Positions 1 to 11,003 are shown, numbered from the stretch's first letter. The stretch: 64,000 nt of DNA from a virus (IMGVR_UViG_3300020577_012633:59216-123215), one strand, 5' to 3'. Made by a program: numbers and translations. Notes: a model not told the origin generated them from the letters alone.

Positions 1-110
1 GATTCATGGCTTCATAAACTCTAATCGTGCCTTTCGAAGAATGTATGAACCAATCTTGATTGAAAACCTGCAAAACGATACAATTATAATTAGGCGTTGA
101 TAAAAGATCA

Positions 111-428
111 TTACCAGAAAGCTGAGTAATCTGAGAAATCGGAATTTTCGTCAAATTTGTCTGCCAGTTCTGCAAGAACAACGGCGTGACATCCTTTGGG
201 TAAGCAAAAACAACCAAGTCTTTTTCCTTTTATTTCATGAAGATCTGCTATTAAATTTGGCTGGGCTAATATCCAAAAAGAATATAGTCTAATCGCTTCG
301 TCTCTTGACTCAACTATAAACTTAGCTTTGCTTTTAGGATCATGACTGTATGGATTTCCCCACTTCGATCCTCTGCCAACATCAATATCAAAAGGTTCTT
401 TATACCGATTTACAGCTATTGTTAGCAT
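111..428 (-). CDS. DUF4326-like protein
   Basis: GRGSKWGNPY and LGCFCLPKGCHA motifs; start moved to MLTIAV (428). Confidence 0.75.
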   Translation of the reverse strand: MLTIAVNRYKEPFDIDVGRGSKWGNPYSHDPKSKAKFIVESRDEAIRLYSFWILAQPNLIADLHEIKGKRLGCFCLPKGCHAVVLAELADKFDENSDFSDYSAFW

Positions 429-1041
429 TTTCGTCAGCCCATTCAGATTCTTCTGTCTTATGTTCTGGTCTATGATGATCAAAAGGTTTCCATAAAGAAC
501 CTTCTTTGGCCCATTTAATTCTTGGATCTTCCCATTTCTTTTTAGACATGATATTTTTAACTTCATCAATATTTATTGGAGAATAATTATGGCAATCAAC
601 TCCTACATCAAATGCTTGAGCAGATTCATCATCAGGTAATCCTCCGTGACTATGACCATAAAGATGCCAAGATCCATAATGGGATTTATTCCAAACTTTC
701 AAAGCATAATGACAAAGAACAATATCTTTGTGTTGACCATCAATTTCTGTCTTCAATGTCAACATATCATAAACACCAGAGAACAAGGGGCTATTGTATC
801 TTATTCTGTCATGATTTCCTAAAATGAGTACAATAGTTTTACAATTGATAGCATTTCTAAAATACTCTACTCTATTTTTAGCAAAATCTCCCAAATGAAA
901 TAATCTATCATTGGGGTTGACTTTTGAATTAATATTTTCTATAAGCTTTTCATTCATTTCATCTACAGAGACAAATGGTCTCTTTGAATATTTAATAATA
1001 TTTGCGTGATCAAAATGAGTGTCTGAAATAAACCAGTCCAT
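400..1041 (-). CDS. Calcineurin-like metallophosphoesterase
   Basis: SDTHF, HLGDF, GNHD, GHSH motifs. Confidence 0.9.
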   Translation of the reverse strand: MDWFISDTHFDHANIIKYSKRPFVSVDEMNEKLIENINSKVNPNDRLFHLGDFAKNRVEYFRNAINCKTIVLILGNHDRIRYNSPLFSGVYDMLTLKTEIDGQHKDIVLCHYALKVWNKSHYGSWHLYGHSHGGLPDDESAQAFDVGVDCHNYSPINIDEVKNIMSKKKWEDPRIKWAKEGSLWKPFDHHRPEHKTEESEWADENANNSCKSV

Positions 1042-1160
1042 AAACAAAATCCTTTCATTGGCGAGTTTCATCTTCTGCCTCGCCTTTTTACATTGTTATT
1101 GAGTTATTATCGGCAACGTGGTTGCAAAAGAACAAATAAACACAAGCCGATATTTGTGTC

Positions 1161-1877
1161 ATGGAAACAATTATACCAAAAATATTTCACCAAATATGGC
1201 TCAATGGGAAACTTCCTGAAGAACATTGTTGTTTTAGAGATCATATGTTAGAACTGCATCCTGGATGGGAATATAAACTTTGGACAAAAAGAAATATGCC
1301 CAAACTCATAAATCAAGATATTTTTGACAAATGGCCTGAAATGTGTTTCAAAGCTGATGTACTTAGATATGAAATATTGTACAAATTTGGAGGGATTTAC
1401 ATAGATACTGATTTTTTGTTCTACAAAAATATAGAAGAATGTATGCAAAAGGAATATCTTATAGTCAATGAATTTGATGAACCGTATTTTCATGCGGGTT
1501 GTTATCATATGACGAATAATTGTCTTATAGGAGCTGTTCCAAAAAGCGCATTAATGCAATATGTTGTATACAAACTAAGAGAAAGTATGCAAAGATATGA
1601 GGAATTAAAGAACAAATATAATCATTTTGATGCAGGTCTTTCAACTGTTGGTCCATATTTTTTTGACAAATGCGTAGAAGAGATTATTGGAAGAAGTTTC
1701 TCTTACGATACAAAATATTTCTGTCCATTTAGACCTCATGATTTGCCTCATAAACAATATGAAAATTTTCCTGATGCATACGCAATTCATTTATGGAATA
1801 ATAACTGGAGAACCTATGGTGGAGCTGAAGTTTATAAAACTCTTCCATGTTACAAAAGAAAACATGGAATAAAATGA
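1161..1877 (+). CDS. Glycosyltransferase, GT32/OCH1-like
   Basis: IPKIFHQIW, ADVLRYEILYKFGGIYIDTD (DxD). Confidence 0.9.
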   Translation: METIIPKIFHQIWLNGKLPEEHCCFRDHMLELHPGWEYKLWTKRNMPKLINQDIFDKWPEMCFKADVLRYEILYKFGGIYIDTDFLFYKNIEECMQKEYLIVNEFDEPYFHAGCYHMTNNCLIGAVPKSALMQYVVYKLRESMQRYEELKNKYNHFDAGLSTVGPYFFDKCVEEIIGRSFSYDTKYFCPFRPHDLPHKQYENFPDAYAIHLWNNNWRTYGGAEVYKTLPCYKRKHGIK

Positions 1878-2551
1878 TACCAAAAATATTCCATCAGATA
1901 TGGTTTGAAGGTAAAATTCCAGAACCGTTTTTTTACTTTTCTGAACATTTAAAACAACTTCATCCTGGATGGGAATATAAGTTTTGGAATATAAATAATA
2001 TGCCAGAACTTATTAATCAAGAAGCATTTGAATTTTACAACAATGTAATATTCAAATCTGATATTCTTAGATATGAAATGCTTCATAAATTTGGAGGAAT
2101 ATATGTCGATTTTGATTTCCTGTTTTATAAAAATATAGAACCGTTAATAACAGATGATTATTTTTTAGTTTTTGATGTTGACAACTTGCATATAAATAAC
2201 TGCATTATGGGATTCTCAAAAGAAAATGAAATAATAAAATCAGTAATTGATGAAATACCAAAATCACTCGCAATTGCTAAACAAATAAAAAACGGAAGAG
2301 ACAATTTACAAGTTGGATTAAATGCAGTTGGTCCAAGATTCTTACAAAGAACTATTTCAAAGTTTGATAAAATCAAATTTATTGACAGAAAATTCACTCA
2401 TCCATTCGGAACAGAAGAGGTAATAGAAAAACAATTAAATGAGTTTCCAGACTCTTACGGAGCGCATTTTTGGAGTTCTCATAATGGAACATATTTTATA
2501 GAAGCTCATAAAAAGCTTCCATGCTACATCATGCGTGAGAATGTTCACTAA
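1874..2551 (+). CDS. Glycosyltransferase, GT32/OCH1-like (tandem paralog)
   Basis: IPKIFHQIW, SDILRYE..FGGIYVDFD; ATGA overlap with upstream paralog. Confidence 0.9.
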   Translation: MIPKIFHQIWFEGKIPEPFFYFSEHLKQLHPGWEYKFWNINNMPELINQEAFEFYNNVIFKSDILRYEMLHKFGGIYVDFDFLFYKNIEPLITDDYFLVFDVDNLHINNCIMGFSKENEIIKSVIDEIPKSLAIAKQIKNGRDNLQVGLNAVGPRFLQRTISKFDKIKFIDRKFTHPFGTEEVIEKQLNEFPDSYGAHFWSSHNGTYFIEAHKKLPCYIMRENVH

Positions 2552-3797
2552 GAGATACAGGTCCACCAGTTTTATCATCGAGATCAAAATTGGCGTCTAT
2601 GAAATTTATTACCTCTTGAGGATCAATGCCTTTGTTAAAGACAATATTTGGTCCATGATTGTCAAGATATACTGCATATAGATTGCCAAACTTAGCAAGC
2701 CCATTTGAAGTATTTTGACCGCACTGGTGAGAGCCACATTCGTATTCTCTTTGAGAAACAGTAGGAACAAGATCTCTTGGGTTTTGTTTCAACGGACAAT
2801 GAAAATGTACAATACAATCGCAATCTGGATGTTCTGCAAAAACAATACGTTGAGATTGTCCGCCTACGGAAGGTTTAGCGCCATAAGCAATAACTCTATC
2901 CGGCCCATCAGTCTCAATCTTTACAAGACCATTCTTTTCAATATCATTGAAGTTTGTTTTGCGAATAGAAGTCAAGAAAGTTGTTGGACCAATTTTTGCA
3001 GCAAAATGGCCGACAGTCGCCCCACTAGGACCAACCTTATATGCTCCATTTGCAACACAATAGTCTACAACCGTTCTAAGAACCTCAGGAACAAGATCTG
3101 ACTTCCAAGGAATAGGATCGCCAGCTATGACAGTAGAACGAGTAAAAGTAAGATGAGAACGAAGTTTAGTCATTTCAACAAGACCGCGAAGAGCTGCATC
3201 TCTGTCAAAGGTAACGTGATATCTTGCTTCTTCTGGCGTGATGACCATATTCAATCGCGTCTTTACGTCATTTGCAAGGACAAGGTTACAAGAAGCTTTC
3301 TTGCAAAGATCAAGACCTGCAATATATTGTTCATCTTCTGTTGCGTTACAGGTAGTCTTAAATCCAACAAGGAAAATATCCTTGCGACTATATTTTTCTG
3401 CGCGGAAAAATTTAATCACTTTCTTTTTCATGGATAGATCAATTTTATAACCATTCAAATTCCTTGAATTTAATCTGGTTTCATATTTACCAGGAGAATT
3501 TTCTCCAACCTTTCCTTCATAATCACACATAGCGCAAGAAAAGAAAACAATCTTGACGTTCAAATCAGAGACTATATCCTTTACCCATGCTTCAACATCT
3601 TCATTTGTTTCCATAGCAGAGCCAGGATCTGCCATTTTAGTTAGGCACATTGAGGTAGTCATGCTAGGAATCAATTCTTCGCAAAGAGATTGAAGCTTTC
3701 GTGCTGTTTTACCATAAGCAGGAGCGCACAAAGCTAAATGAGCAGTGACATGAGAAACAGTTCCGCCGCCAAAGATAGCGATTTTCTTGGGGTTCAT
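2529..3797 (-). CDS. CoaB/DFP-like domain fused to class II aldolase/adducin domain
   Basis: GGGT, AMCDY, LVGFKTT, LVLAND in N-half; CIVHFH and LDNHG in C-half. Confidence 0.65.
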   Translation of the reverse strand: MNPKKIAIFGGGTVSHVTAHLALCAPAYGKTARKLQSLCEELIPSMTTSMCLTKMADPGSAMETNEDVEAWVKDIVSDLNVKIVFFSCAMCDYEGKVGENSPGKYETRLNSRNLNGYKIDLSMKKKVIKFFRAEKYSRKDIFLVGFKTTCNATEDEQYIAGLDLCKKASCNLVLANDVKTRLNMVITPEEARYHVTFDRDAALRGLVEMTKLRSHLTFTRSTVIAGDPIPWKSDLVPEVLRTVVDYCVANGAYKVGPSGATVGHFAAKIGPTTFLTSIRKTNFNDIEKNGLVKIETDGPDRVIAYGAKPSVGGQSQRIVFAEHPDCDCIVHFHCPLKQNPRDLVPTVSQREYECGSHQCGQNTSNGLAKFGNLYAVYLDNHGPNIVFNKGIDPQEVINFIDANFDLDDKTGGPVSLSEHSHA

Positions 3798-3801
3798 TAT
3801 T

Positions 3802-4647
3802 TTAACTCCAATAAGTGTAAATGCAGGGACGCAATTCGTTTACGGTTTTTGCCCAATCTTTGAATAATCCAACGTAATAAGTCCACAGAATGACAGATGC
3901 ATGAATTTCAGGTCGATATGTTTCATTCATTTTAATAATATCAGCATTAGAAAGAGATGGTCTTATTTTTTCGCTGAAACGTCCTGTAAGAATATTATAT
4001 GTTCCGCCATTTATTCGATCAGGAAAAAATTCAAGATTATTTTCCATTAAAAAAGGAAGATCATGTACTAGATTTTCTTTAACAATTCTGATTTTATCTT
4101 TGTACGGAATTCTTATCATCATTCCATAAGGGTATATACCACAGAGACCAGTCCTTTGATCAAGCCATTGAATCTTTACATCTACTGAACCACCAGCTTC
4201 ATAGTAATCAATCATATCATCGCTGCGATAAAATGATTTTTGTTCTGGAGGTATAATACCAAAAACGTTTGGAAATCCGAACTCTCCGCAGTAAGCAAAT
4301 CCTAGATGGAAAATGCTTTCTATTTTAGACTTCTTTTCATTTTCAGGTAAAGCCATGAAATCTTTGGCATATTGATAAATACCCCAATTTATGCCAGAAA
4401 TATCTCCTTCCGAAGGACCATTTGCTTGCGCAAGTATTTCTTTGTGTTCTGAAAGCTTAGACTCGTCTAATATCCATTGAAGAAATGGAATAAACATCCT
4501 ACGAGGACGCTCATAATCTTCATCATCATATTCCTCTTTTATTCCAAGCATCCATTCCTGGAATCTTGAATCTGCTAGTCTTGTTTTTTTGTTTGTTACA
4601 ACGTTATCAAGAGCATAGCAAAGGTGTTTTTTAATCCTCATTCCCAT
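3802..4647 (-). CDS. Hypothetical protein
   Basis: 281-aa ORF abutting neighbours. Confidence 0.6.
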   Translation of the reverse strand: MGMRIKKHLCYALDNVVTNKKTRLADSRFQEWMLGIKEEYDDEDYERPRRMFIPFLQWILDESKLSEHKEILAQANGPSEGDISGINWGIYQYAKDFMALPENEKKSKIESIFHLGFAYCGEFGFPNVFGIIPPEQKSFYRSDDMIDYYEAGGSVDVKIQWLDQRTGLCGIYPYGMMIRIPYKDKIRIVKENLVHDLPFLMENNLEFFPDRINGGTYNILTGRFSEKIRPSLSNADIIKMNETYRPEIHASVILWTYYVGLFKDWAKTVNELRPCIYTYWS

Positions 4648-5306
4648 TAGGATCTCATCCTTAGTCCTTCAACAGCCCATTTTCCACTAACAAACTGTGG
4701 ATTTAATATTTCATGTTTCAAACCAATCGTAACGATACTACAATTCCCAGGAGTATCAATTGAGTCAAATTGCTCAACTGACAAATGCATAAATCTCATT
4801 ACAAAACATTTAATAATCATGCCGTGAGTAACAATTACAACGTCTTTCGTTGAGCCGTTTGGACCAATTTTTCTTTTCAGTTGTCTCATCATTGAATCAA
4901 GGAAGGTTGCGCATCGCTCAAAGCAATCTGCTCCGCTTTCGCCACCATCCATACGATACCAAAAGAAACCTTCATGTTCTCTTTTGTCTTTTTGGCTTTC
5001 AGGATCTCCATAGCCAAAATCAACCTCTCGCAAACGAGGATCTTCATAGACTCTTAGATTGTCTGTGTCTTCAGTAAAACCTGCTCCAACTTTTATGAAA
5101 TGCATTGTTTGTCTTGTTCTTTTGTAAGGAGAACAATATAGTAATGAGTCCTGTAGGAATTCTTTTCCTAGTAATTTGCCAGCATTTAAAGCTTGATCTA
5201 CGCCTTCAGGTTCCACAATAGGAATCTGATGGTTTGGCATATCTTGATGCTTAATAAGCTTAGCATTTAATGCAGAAAGAGCATGACGCACAAGTTTAAT
5301 CTGCAT
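4647..5306 (-). CDS. Histidine phosphatase (phosphoglycerate mutase family)
   Basis: LVRHA, SPYKRTRQT, LREVDFG, GES, VTHG. Confidence 0.9.
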   Translation of the reverse strand: MQIKLVRHALSALNAKLIKHQDMPNHQIPIVEPEGVDQALNAGKLLGKEFLQDSLLYCSPYKRTRQTMHFIKVGAGFTEDTDNLRVYEDPRLREVDFGYGDPESQKDKREHEGFFWYRMDGGESGADCFERCATFLDSMMRQLKRKIGPNGSTKDVVIVTHGMIIKCFVMRFMHLSVEQFDSIDTPGNCSIVTIGLKHEILNPQFVSGKWAVEGLRMRS

Positions 5307-5938
5307 GATATTTATCCAAGTTTCGCAGGATCAAAATTAAACTGTTTTTTGTATTTTACTTTAAGATCCTCGAAAACTTCTTTCGAGATCTGTTCCCATT
5401 CTGATTGCTTAATTCCTTTTACACCTTGAACACTTGAAACAAAATCAGTAGTTCCACTTATCATAAAATCTGAGGGCAAATAAATATTTGCAATAAGCAT
5501 TTTTGTATTATTTTCATCGTTCATGAATCCCATTACATACAAAAGAGCAGGGTTTTGATTTTCTGTATTTTTAAACTTATAAAAACAACCTTCTTTAAAG
5601 TTGTAGACACGAGTAGTTGGATCATCTTTTGTTGGGTCTATATTATCTGTGCCGCAATCTTCGCATGGATAAGACTGAGGATGTCTTTTTTGTACTACAG
5701 TACAATCTTCGTCTCCATACTTACAACCATGAACGATGCAACAATGTTCTGTGTGAACGTCTTTAGCCATTGTTGTTTTTTCTTTTCTGTATAAGTATGC
5801 CAAGAACAGAATCGGCACGGACAGCAAGTATTTTATCATATACCCCTGTTTCTTTATTCCAAACAGGAACATGAAGCATTTTTACCGTCTTAGCCTCGGT
5901 TCTGCAAATAGGACAGATTTTGGTTTCTTGTTTTTCCA

Positions 5939-7516
5939 TTATGCGGAAAATTCGACCAGGTAACGAAGCTGATGCTGATCTCGATCAAAAGTAATGAACT
6001 CGTTGTTCATAACCTGACTTACATTTGCCTTTCCAAAAATACAGTGGTGGCCCTTTGGAGGTTCAGTATAACCGCGAGGACCAGGAGCTACGAAAGGATT
6101 GCCAAGTGCAGTATCAGAGACGAACATGAACGCATGGCGACCAGCAACGGAACCTCCTCCGCCGCCCCAACGAGAATATCCAGAAGTATAGCCAGCGCTC
6201 TTTTTCCAGTCATCAGCCCAATATAGACCGCCTCCGAACATAGCACCAGTAATAACAACGCCAACGAGAGTCTTAGGAAGGCGAAGGTTCTCTCGAAGAA
6301 TACCAGGAACGTTCACAGAGCGAGTTCCGTGGAACATCATAGAAACGTTAGCTTTTTCATAGAAAGGAGCTTCATTCGGGTCAACATCATTGCGAGAATG
6401 AGGTTGGTGCAAAGCTTTTTCTGAAATCTTTGATTTACTGGCAGCGATTTCTTTGATAGCCTTTCGCCATCCATCAACATGAGCAAGCTGACGAACAGCC
6501 CACATGTTATGAATCTTCATTCCTCCAACGTCACTATGACGATTTCGCGTAGCATTAGGCATCCATCCAAGAATAAACTTGCCACGCTCCGATTTAGGAT
6601 CAATATAGGCCATTTCAATGTTGAAACCAGCAAGAGGATCAACATCTTTATCAAGGCCCATGTCAACAGCATATAGAGCAGACTCGAAAGCATCGAGATC
6701 CTGGTCCCATGCAGTAATGTTGTCTTTATTCAAAATCCAGTTAACATCGCCAACTCGCTTTACCTTCGGAATACGAGAGTAAAGATGGTTGGTGAGAGCC
6801 TTAAGCTCTGTATCATTCATCTGGTCTTTTTCATTATCGCCAACTGCTTTGACCCGCTTACGAGCTTCGGTCAAGATTTCTCGACCTTCATCAAGAGATG
6901 CCTGAGTTGGGATATTGCCACCTTGAACAACAGTCTTTGCATAAGCAACAGTACCTACGTTCATATCTCTCATCAATTTGAGAGTCTGCTCGTCCCATTT
7001 TGGCTTTGTATTTACGTTAGCTGTTGAAGTATTTGTAACCTGAGCCGTCTTTTTTGCTCCGTCATTGAAAGCAATCTTTTTTGCATCAGGAAGACCAGTT
7101 GTACGAGTTGCAAGAGGACGAACAAGATAGCAATCCTCTCCAGATTTTGCTTGGAGAACTTTGCGACCAGCAATGGTTGTCCATTCACCTCTTTTATCAT
7201 TCTTGGAATGAAGCTGTTTTTCGTATTCGCGTTGCGCTTCATCTTCACTACCGCATTCAACAAAAGTGAAATCAGCTTTTGTTGCGCCAGTGCGACCCCA
7301 TTCAAAATATGCGAACCAGGAATTGGTTTTTTTACTCTTTACCACTGATCCGTGGTAATATTTGTTTGAATCTTTTCCGTCCTGCGTAAAGCAACCCATG
7401 TCAGCAAGTTTAGTGCCTGAGAAATTGCCGTCTTGGGTAGCGGGAGGACCAAAGCATTCAAAATCATCAACCGTGTGACCTTTAGGAAGCGTGCCTCGAC
7501 CAAGTTTGGTTGCCAT
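5939..7516 (-). CDS. WGR-domain PARP-like ADP-ribosyltransferase
   Basis: EWGRTG (WGR), helical regulatory-like region (LYSRIP), FHGT / GAMFGGGLYWAD / NNEF = H-Y-E triad. Confidence 0.88.
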   Translation of the reverse strand: MATKLGRGTLPKGHTVDDFECFGPPATQDGNFSGTKLADMGCFTQDGKDSNKYYHGSVVKSKKTNSWFAYFEWGRTGATKADFTFVECGSEDEAQREYEKQLHSKNDKRGEWTTIAGRKVLQAKSGEDCYLVRPLATRTTGLPDAKKIAFNDGAKKTAQVTNTSTANVNTKPKWDEQTLKLMRDMNVGTVAYAKTVVQGGNIPTQASLDEGREILTEARKRVKAVGDNEKDQMNDTELKALTNHLYSRIPKVKRVGDVNWILNKDNITAWDQDLDAFESALYAVDMGLDKDVDPLAGFNIEMAYIDPKSERGKFILGWMPNATRNRHSDVGGMKIHNMWAVRQLAHVDGWRKAIKEIAASKSKISEKALHQPHSRNDVDPNEAPFYEKANVSMMFHGTRSVNVPGILRENLRLPKTLVGVVITGAMFGGGLYWADDWKKSAGYTSGYSRWGGGGGSVAGRHAFMFVSDTALGNPFVAPGPRGYTEPPKGHHCIFGKANVSQVMNNEFITFDRDQHQLRYLVEFSA

Positions 7517-7650
7517 TTGAGATTCTTTCAAAACAGGTTTTAGTTGGAGATCTCAAACGATCTCTCGCACACCATATTTTAGCCAAAAAAGTCTAGAGTC
7601 AAAGGCTGAGCAAGTGACAGAACAATAAAGTTTCTTCAGGTTCTTTTATT

Positions 7651-7926
7651 TTACTTCATTTTATTTTTAAAATATCCAATACTAAATCCCATGCTTAGGA
7701 ATTCAGAAAGATTTCTTTTTGCATCTTTATTATTTATTCCAGAAAAAACAACGCCCTTTGTATCTATCCCTTCAGGGAATCTTGATAAGCATTGATCAAA
7801 TATGTCTTTTATAGAATCTCCAACAAGAGTTATAGAATCATCTGAATCTGTAACGAGTTGGCATACAAACCTTGGAGGGCCAGGAATTTTTAAGATTTCA
7901 AAATCAAAAGCTTTCATTCTTTTCAT
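7651..7926 (-). CDS. Hypothetical protein, paralog of 8377-8625
   Basis: DSITLVGDS..IF...RFPE...FSG shared with 8377-8625. Confidence 0.6.
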   Translation of the reverse strand: MKRMKAFDFEILKIPGPPRFVCQLVTDSDDSITLVGDSIKDIFDQCLSRFPEGIDTKGVVFSGINNKDAKRNLSEFLSMGFSIGYFKNKMK

Positions 7927-8376
7927 TATTGTTTTCTTTTATATGAGCATCATAGAGATCAGATACTAGCTTTATCAAATCTTCTTTTGAGTTGAATTCA
8001 ATAGAAAATCCAGGAATCCACAATTCCATATCTCCATCTTTCTCTTTTACTATAAATCTATTTACGTCTTTCATTTCTCTATCAGTAATTCCAAGACCAC
8101 CATTTATAAACATAAATACTCCTTATACTAGATCATTGAATCCTATATCATTTTCTATATATTTATCTTCGCAAGATTTATATATAGCATCATAAAGCAA
8201 TTTAGGAATACTTAGAAGAAACTTTTTCCCATCTTTCTTTTCGACAATAATAGTTCTTTCTTTATCATCGGTAGATATAATAGATTTTATTTCATTCCAA
8301 TCAGATTGACTAAAACTATTTAATTTTAGTGGAAATGGACATTCCAGAGATCCTAAATCTATATCAAGATGCTTAT

Positions 8377-8625
8377 TCATTGTTGATTGTACCTGCTAAT
8401 AAGATGCAAAAACTCATTAAGATACTGTTGTGATTCTTCTTTCGTTTGTCCAGAAAACCCAATAGCTTTGAATGGAAATTTTTCTGGAAATTTGCGAGAA
8501 AATTCAAAAAATATATGAGATACGGAATTTCCTCCTATTGTTATAGAATCATTATTTTCTAATATGAATTGTAAAACAATCGGAAATTCAAATTGCTCAT
8601 CATATTCATGTATATTATTTTCCAT
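8377..8625 (-). CDS. Hypothetical protein, paralog of 7651-7926
   Basis: DSITIGGNS..IF...KFPE...FSG. Confidence 0.6.
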   Translation of the reverse strand: MENNIHEYDEQFEFPIVLQFILENNDSITIGGNSVSHIFFEFSRKFPEKFPFKAIGFSGQTKEESQQYLNEFLHLISRYNQQ

Positions 8626-9229
8626 TGTGATTTTGTTGACAATATGAATACATCGCTATCCCTGAAGCAACTCCAACATTTAAACTTCTAACACTTCCAA
8701 ATTGCTTAATATATACAATCTCTTTACATTCATTTATTACATCAGATGTAAGACCTACAGTTTCCTGACCAAAACACATAATAACATGTTTTTCTTTTGG
8801 CCAAACGTATTCGTCTAATGGTTTGGCATTAGGCAGATCATCAAATCCTATAAATACATTATCGCCCATAATATCTTTGATACTATCAATATGTATTATG
8901 TTTTCATAATGATTTGTTCCTACCGCCCCTCTGGAATCAAATTTTCTTTTGCCCAAAACATAAAGATTCTTACCTAGAAACGCATTTGAATTTCTGATAA
9001 CGCTACCTATATTGAAATCATGAAAATGATTTGTTATAAGGACTGAAAAATTGTGTCTCTTTGTGTCAAGCTTTACCTTGATAGCATCTGTTGTCCAATA
9101 TTTATATACATCAATTATGTTTCTTTTATCTACCTGACATTTCTTTTTACATTCATAAGCTTCATCTATAGTGCTATAACGCTTCTTACAAGAAGTGCAT
9201 TGAAATTTTATTGTTATTTCAGTTGTCAT
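8615..9229 (-). CDS. SpoU/TrmH family RNA methyltransferase
   Basis: NIGSVIR, FGQE..GL, SLNVGVASGI. Confidence 0.9.
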   Translation of the reverse strand: MTTEITIKFQCTSCKKRYSTIDEAYECKKKCQVDKRNIIDVYKYWTTDAIKVKLDTKRHNFSVLITNHFHDFNIGSVIRNSNAFLGKNLYVLGKRKFDSRGAVGTNHYENIIHIDSIKDIMGDNVFIGFDDLPNAKPLDEYVWPKEKHVIMCFGQETVGLTSDVINECKEIVYIKQFGSVRSLNVGVASGIAMYSYCQQNHNGK

Positions 9230-9288
9230 AAAAGAATAACGACCAAACAAAAAGAAAAGACCATGAATTCACCTTATAAATTTTGCAC

Positions 9289-9319
9289 AAAAAGAACAAG
9301 ACTGCTCTCGCAGTCTTGT
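9289..9319 (-). terminator. Intrinsic terminator after porin
   Basis: ACAAGACTGC-GAGA-GCAGTCTTGT hairpin followed by a U-rich tract. Confidence 0.75.
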
Positions 9320-9341
9320 CTTTGGATAATCTTATAAACGA

Positions 9342-10526
9342 TTAGAACAAAAGTTGGAACTGCATACGGAATGACATTTCGCCATCGCCAGTAGATCCAA
9401 GAAGTCCTGTATTAGAAAAATTCGTCATATTTGCGAGATTCGAAGTATCATCGAATGAATAGACCATATCCGTAGTAATCTTTGCAGCCTGCCCATAAAG
9501 GTAGTAATTCAAACCAACAGTTGCAAATGCGAAATTGTTATTTGAAAAGCCTCTTGCCGAATCAGCAAAAACTTCATCATAGCGAACAAATGGTTCAATT
9601 CTTTCTGTAACTCTGTATCCGCCTTGAGCAGCTAATCCAAAGTCTTCATATGTTGCAGCAGGATCTTCAACACTTCGTCCAACGCCAGAAACAAACGCAT
9701 TCCATCCATGATTCTTCCAAGTCAAATCACCTGTGTAAGAATATGAAGTGCTTTGAGTTGAGCCTTCTTGATAATGGAATGCAGCTCCAGCTAGCAAAGC
9801 ATTCTCGTCATTAGTTTCAGAAGTAAACTGGCTAAAATCTCCGTTATTTCCCAAAATGGAATATTCGCCTCTTACAGTAAGAGCAGTATTAGATTCAGAA
9901 GGATCTGTATATTCTGTGTTGACTGTATTAAAGCCATCAGAAACAGCTCCAACCAAACGGAAACTATCAGTATTGTAAGATAGCTGAACTCCCTGAGAAC
10001 GTCCTTGACCAAAAACGTAAGAAACGATAGAACGATCTATTGCAAGCTGATAGCGATCAGAAACATTAACTTCCTTCATAAAAGGAAGCTTAAACTGTCC
10101 AACCTGGAATCTGCCACCATCAAAAGCCCTAATACCTGCATAAGCATCAAACAAAGTAAAATTTCCGCCTTGGCGATTAAATCCGCCTTCTAGCATGAAA
10201 TCAATTTGTTCATTTATATTTCCGCTAAAACGGATTCGAGCAAGAGGATCACTAAATCCTACATTGTTATCACTATTGCCTTCGCGGTTTGTATTCCAAG
10301 TATAACGGAACTGCACATCACCGCCGATATTCAATCTCGCTCCATTGCCATTAGTAATGAAAAAGCCGTTGGCATCATGACCTGAACTATTCAAATTAGA
10401 ACGAGACTGAGCATCTGCTACCAAAGCAGCATTCTGCAATCTTGCAACATCTGAAGTCTGTCCGATTGCAACAGAACCAAGAAAAACAGAAATCCCAAAG
10501 AAACCTAAACTAGAAATCTTTCTCAT
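9342..10526 (-). CDS. Outer-membrane porin (phosphate-selective porin O/P-like)
   Basis: Signal peptide, QFRY, DAY, GQFKLPF..E, C-terminal Phe. Confidence 0.8.
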   Translation of the reverse strand: MRKISSLGFFGISVFLGSVAIGQTSDVARLQNAALVADAQSRSNLNSSGHDANGFFITNGNGARLNIGGDVQFRYTWNTNREGNSDNNVGFSDPLARIRFSGNINEQIDFMLEGGFNRQGGNFTLFDAYAGIRAFDGGRFQVGQFKLPFMKEVNVSDRYQLAIDRSIVSYVFGQGRSQGVQLSYNTDSFRLVGAVSDGFNTVNTEYTDPSESNTALTVRGEYSILGNNGDFSQFTSETNDENALLAGAAFHYQEGSTQSTSYSYTGDLTWKNHGWNAFVSGVGRSVEDPAATYEDFGLAAQGGYRVTERIEPFVRYDEVFADSARGFSNNNFAFATVGLNYYLYGQAAKITTDMVYSFDDTSNLANMTNFSNTGLLGSTGDGEMSFRMQFQLLF

Positions 10527-10767
10527 TTCAAAATCCTTTAATTGGGTAATTACAAAAATTATACTAAACCTACCCTGGTCTAATATAAATAAACTAAGCC
10601 ATACGAAAAGGTATCGGCTGATAGCGAACGCTAACTCCTTAGCATTCACACAATCTCTTTCGGCTTTTGATGATATTTTTCTTTAGGAATAGAAACAGTC
10701 ACATTTGGGTATGTTGTACATAAATCTTTACAAAATGAAATTTTAGGCTAAATTTTGCCAAAAATCA

Positions 10768-10962
10768 TTATTTTATTTTTTCATTTGGATTGTATTCGGT
10801 TCTTCCAGACTTAAGAGAATCCTTGATATAAGGAAAGCACAGTCTGCATTTTGTGCCGCATTTTAAGTTTTCTTGAACTTCCTGTGCGGACCAATTTTTT
10901 TCTTTTGCAATAGAAAGAATTTCGCTAAAAGTTTTGTTGAAGCATATACATTTGTTTATCAT
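10768..10962 (-). CDS. BFD-like [2Fe-2S] protein
   Basis: CIC...CGTKCRLC. Confidence 0.7.
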   Translation of the reverse strand: MINKCICFNKTFSEILSIAKEKNWSAQEVQENLKCGTKCRLCFPYIKDSLKSGRTEYNPNEKIK

Positions 10963-11003
10963 TAAAAAGCCATTCAAGATTTCTCTTGAGTGGCCCTTGT
11001 GTT

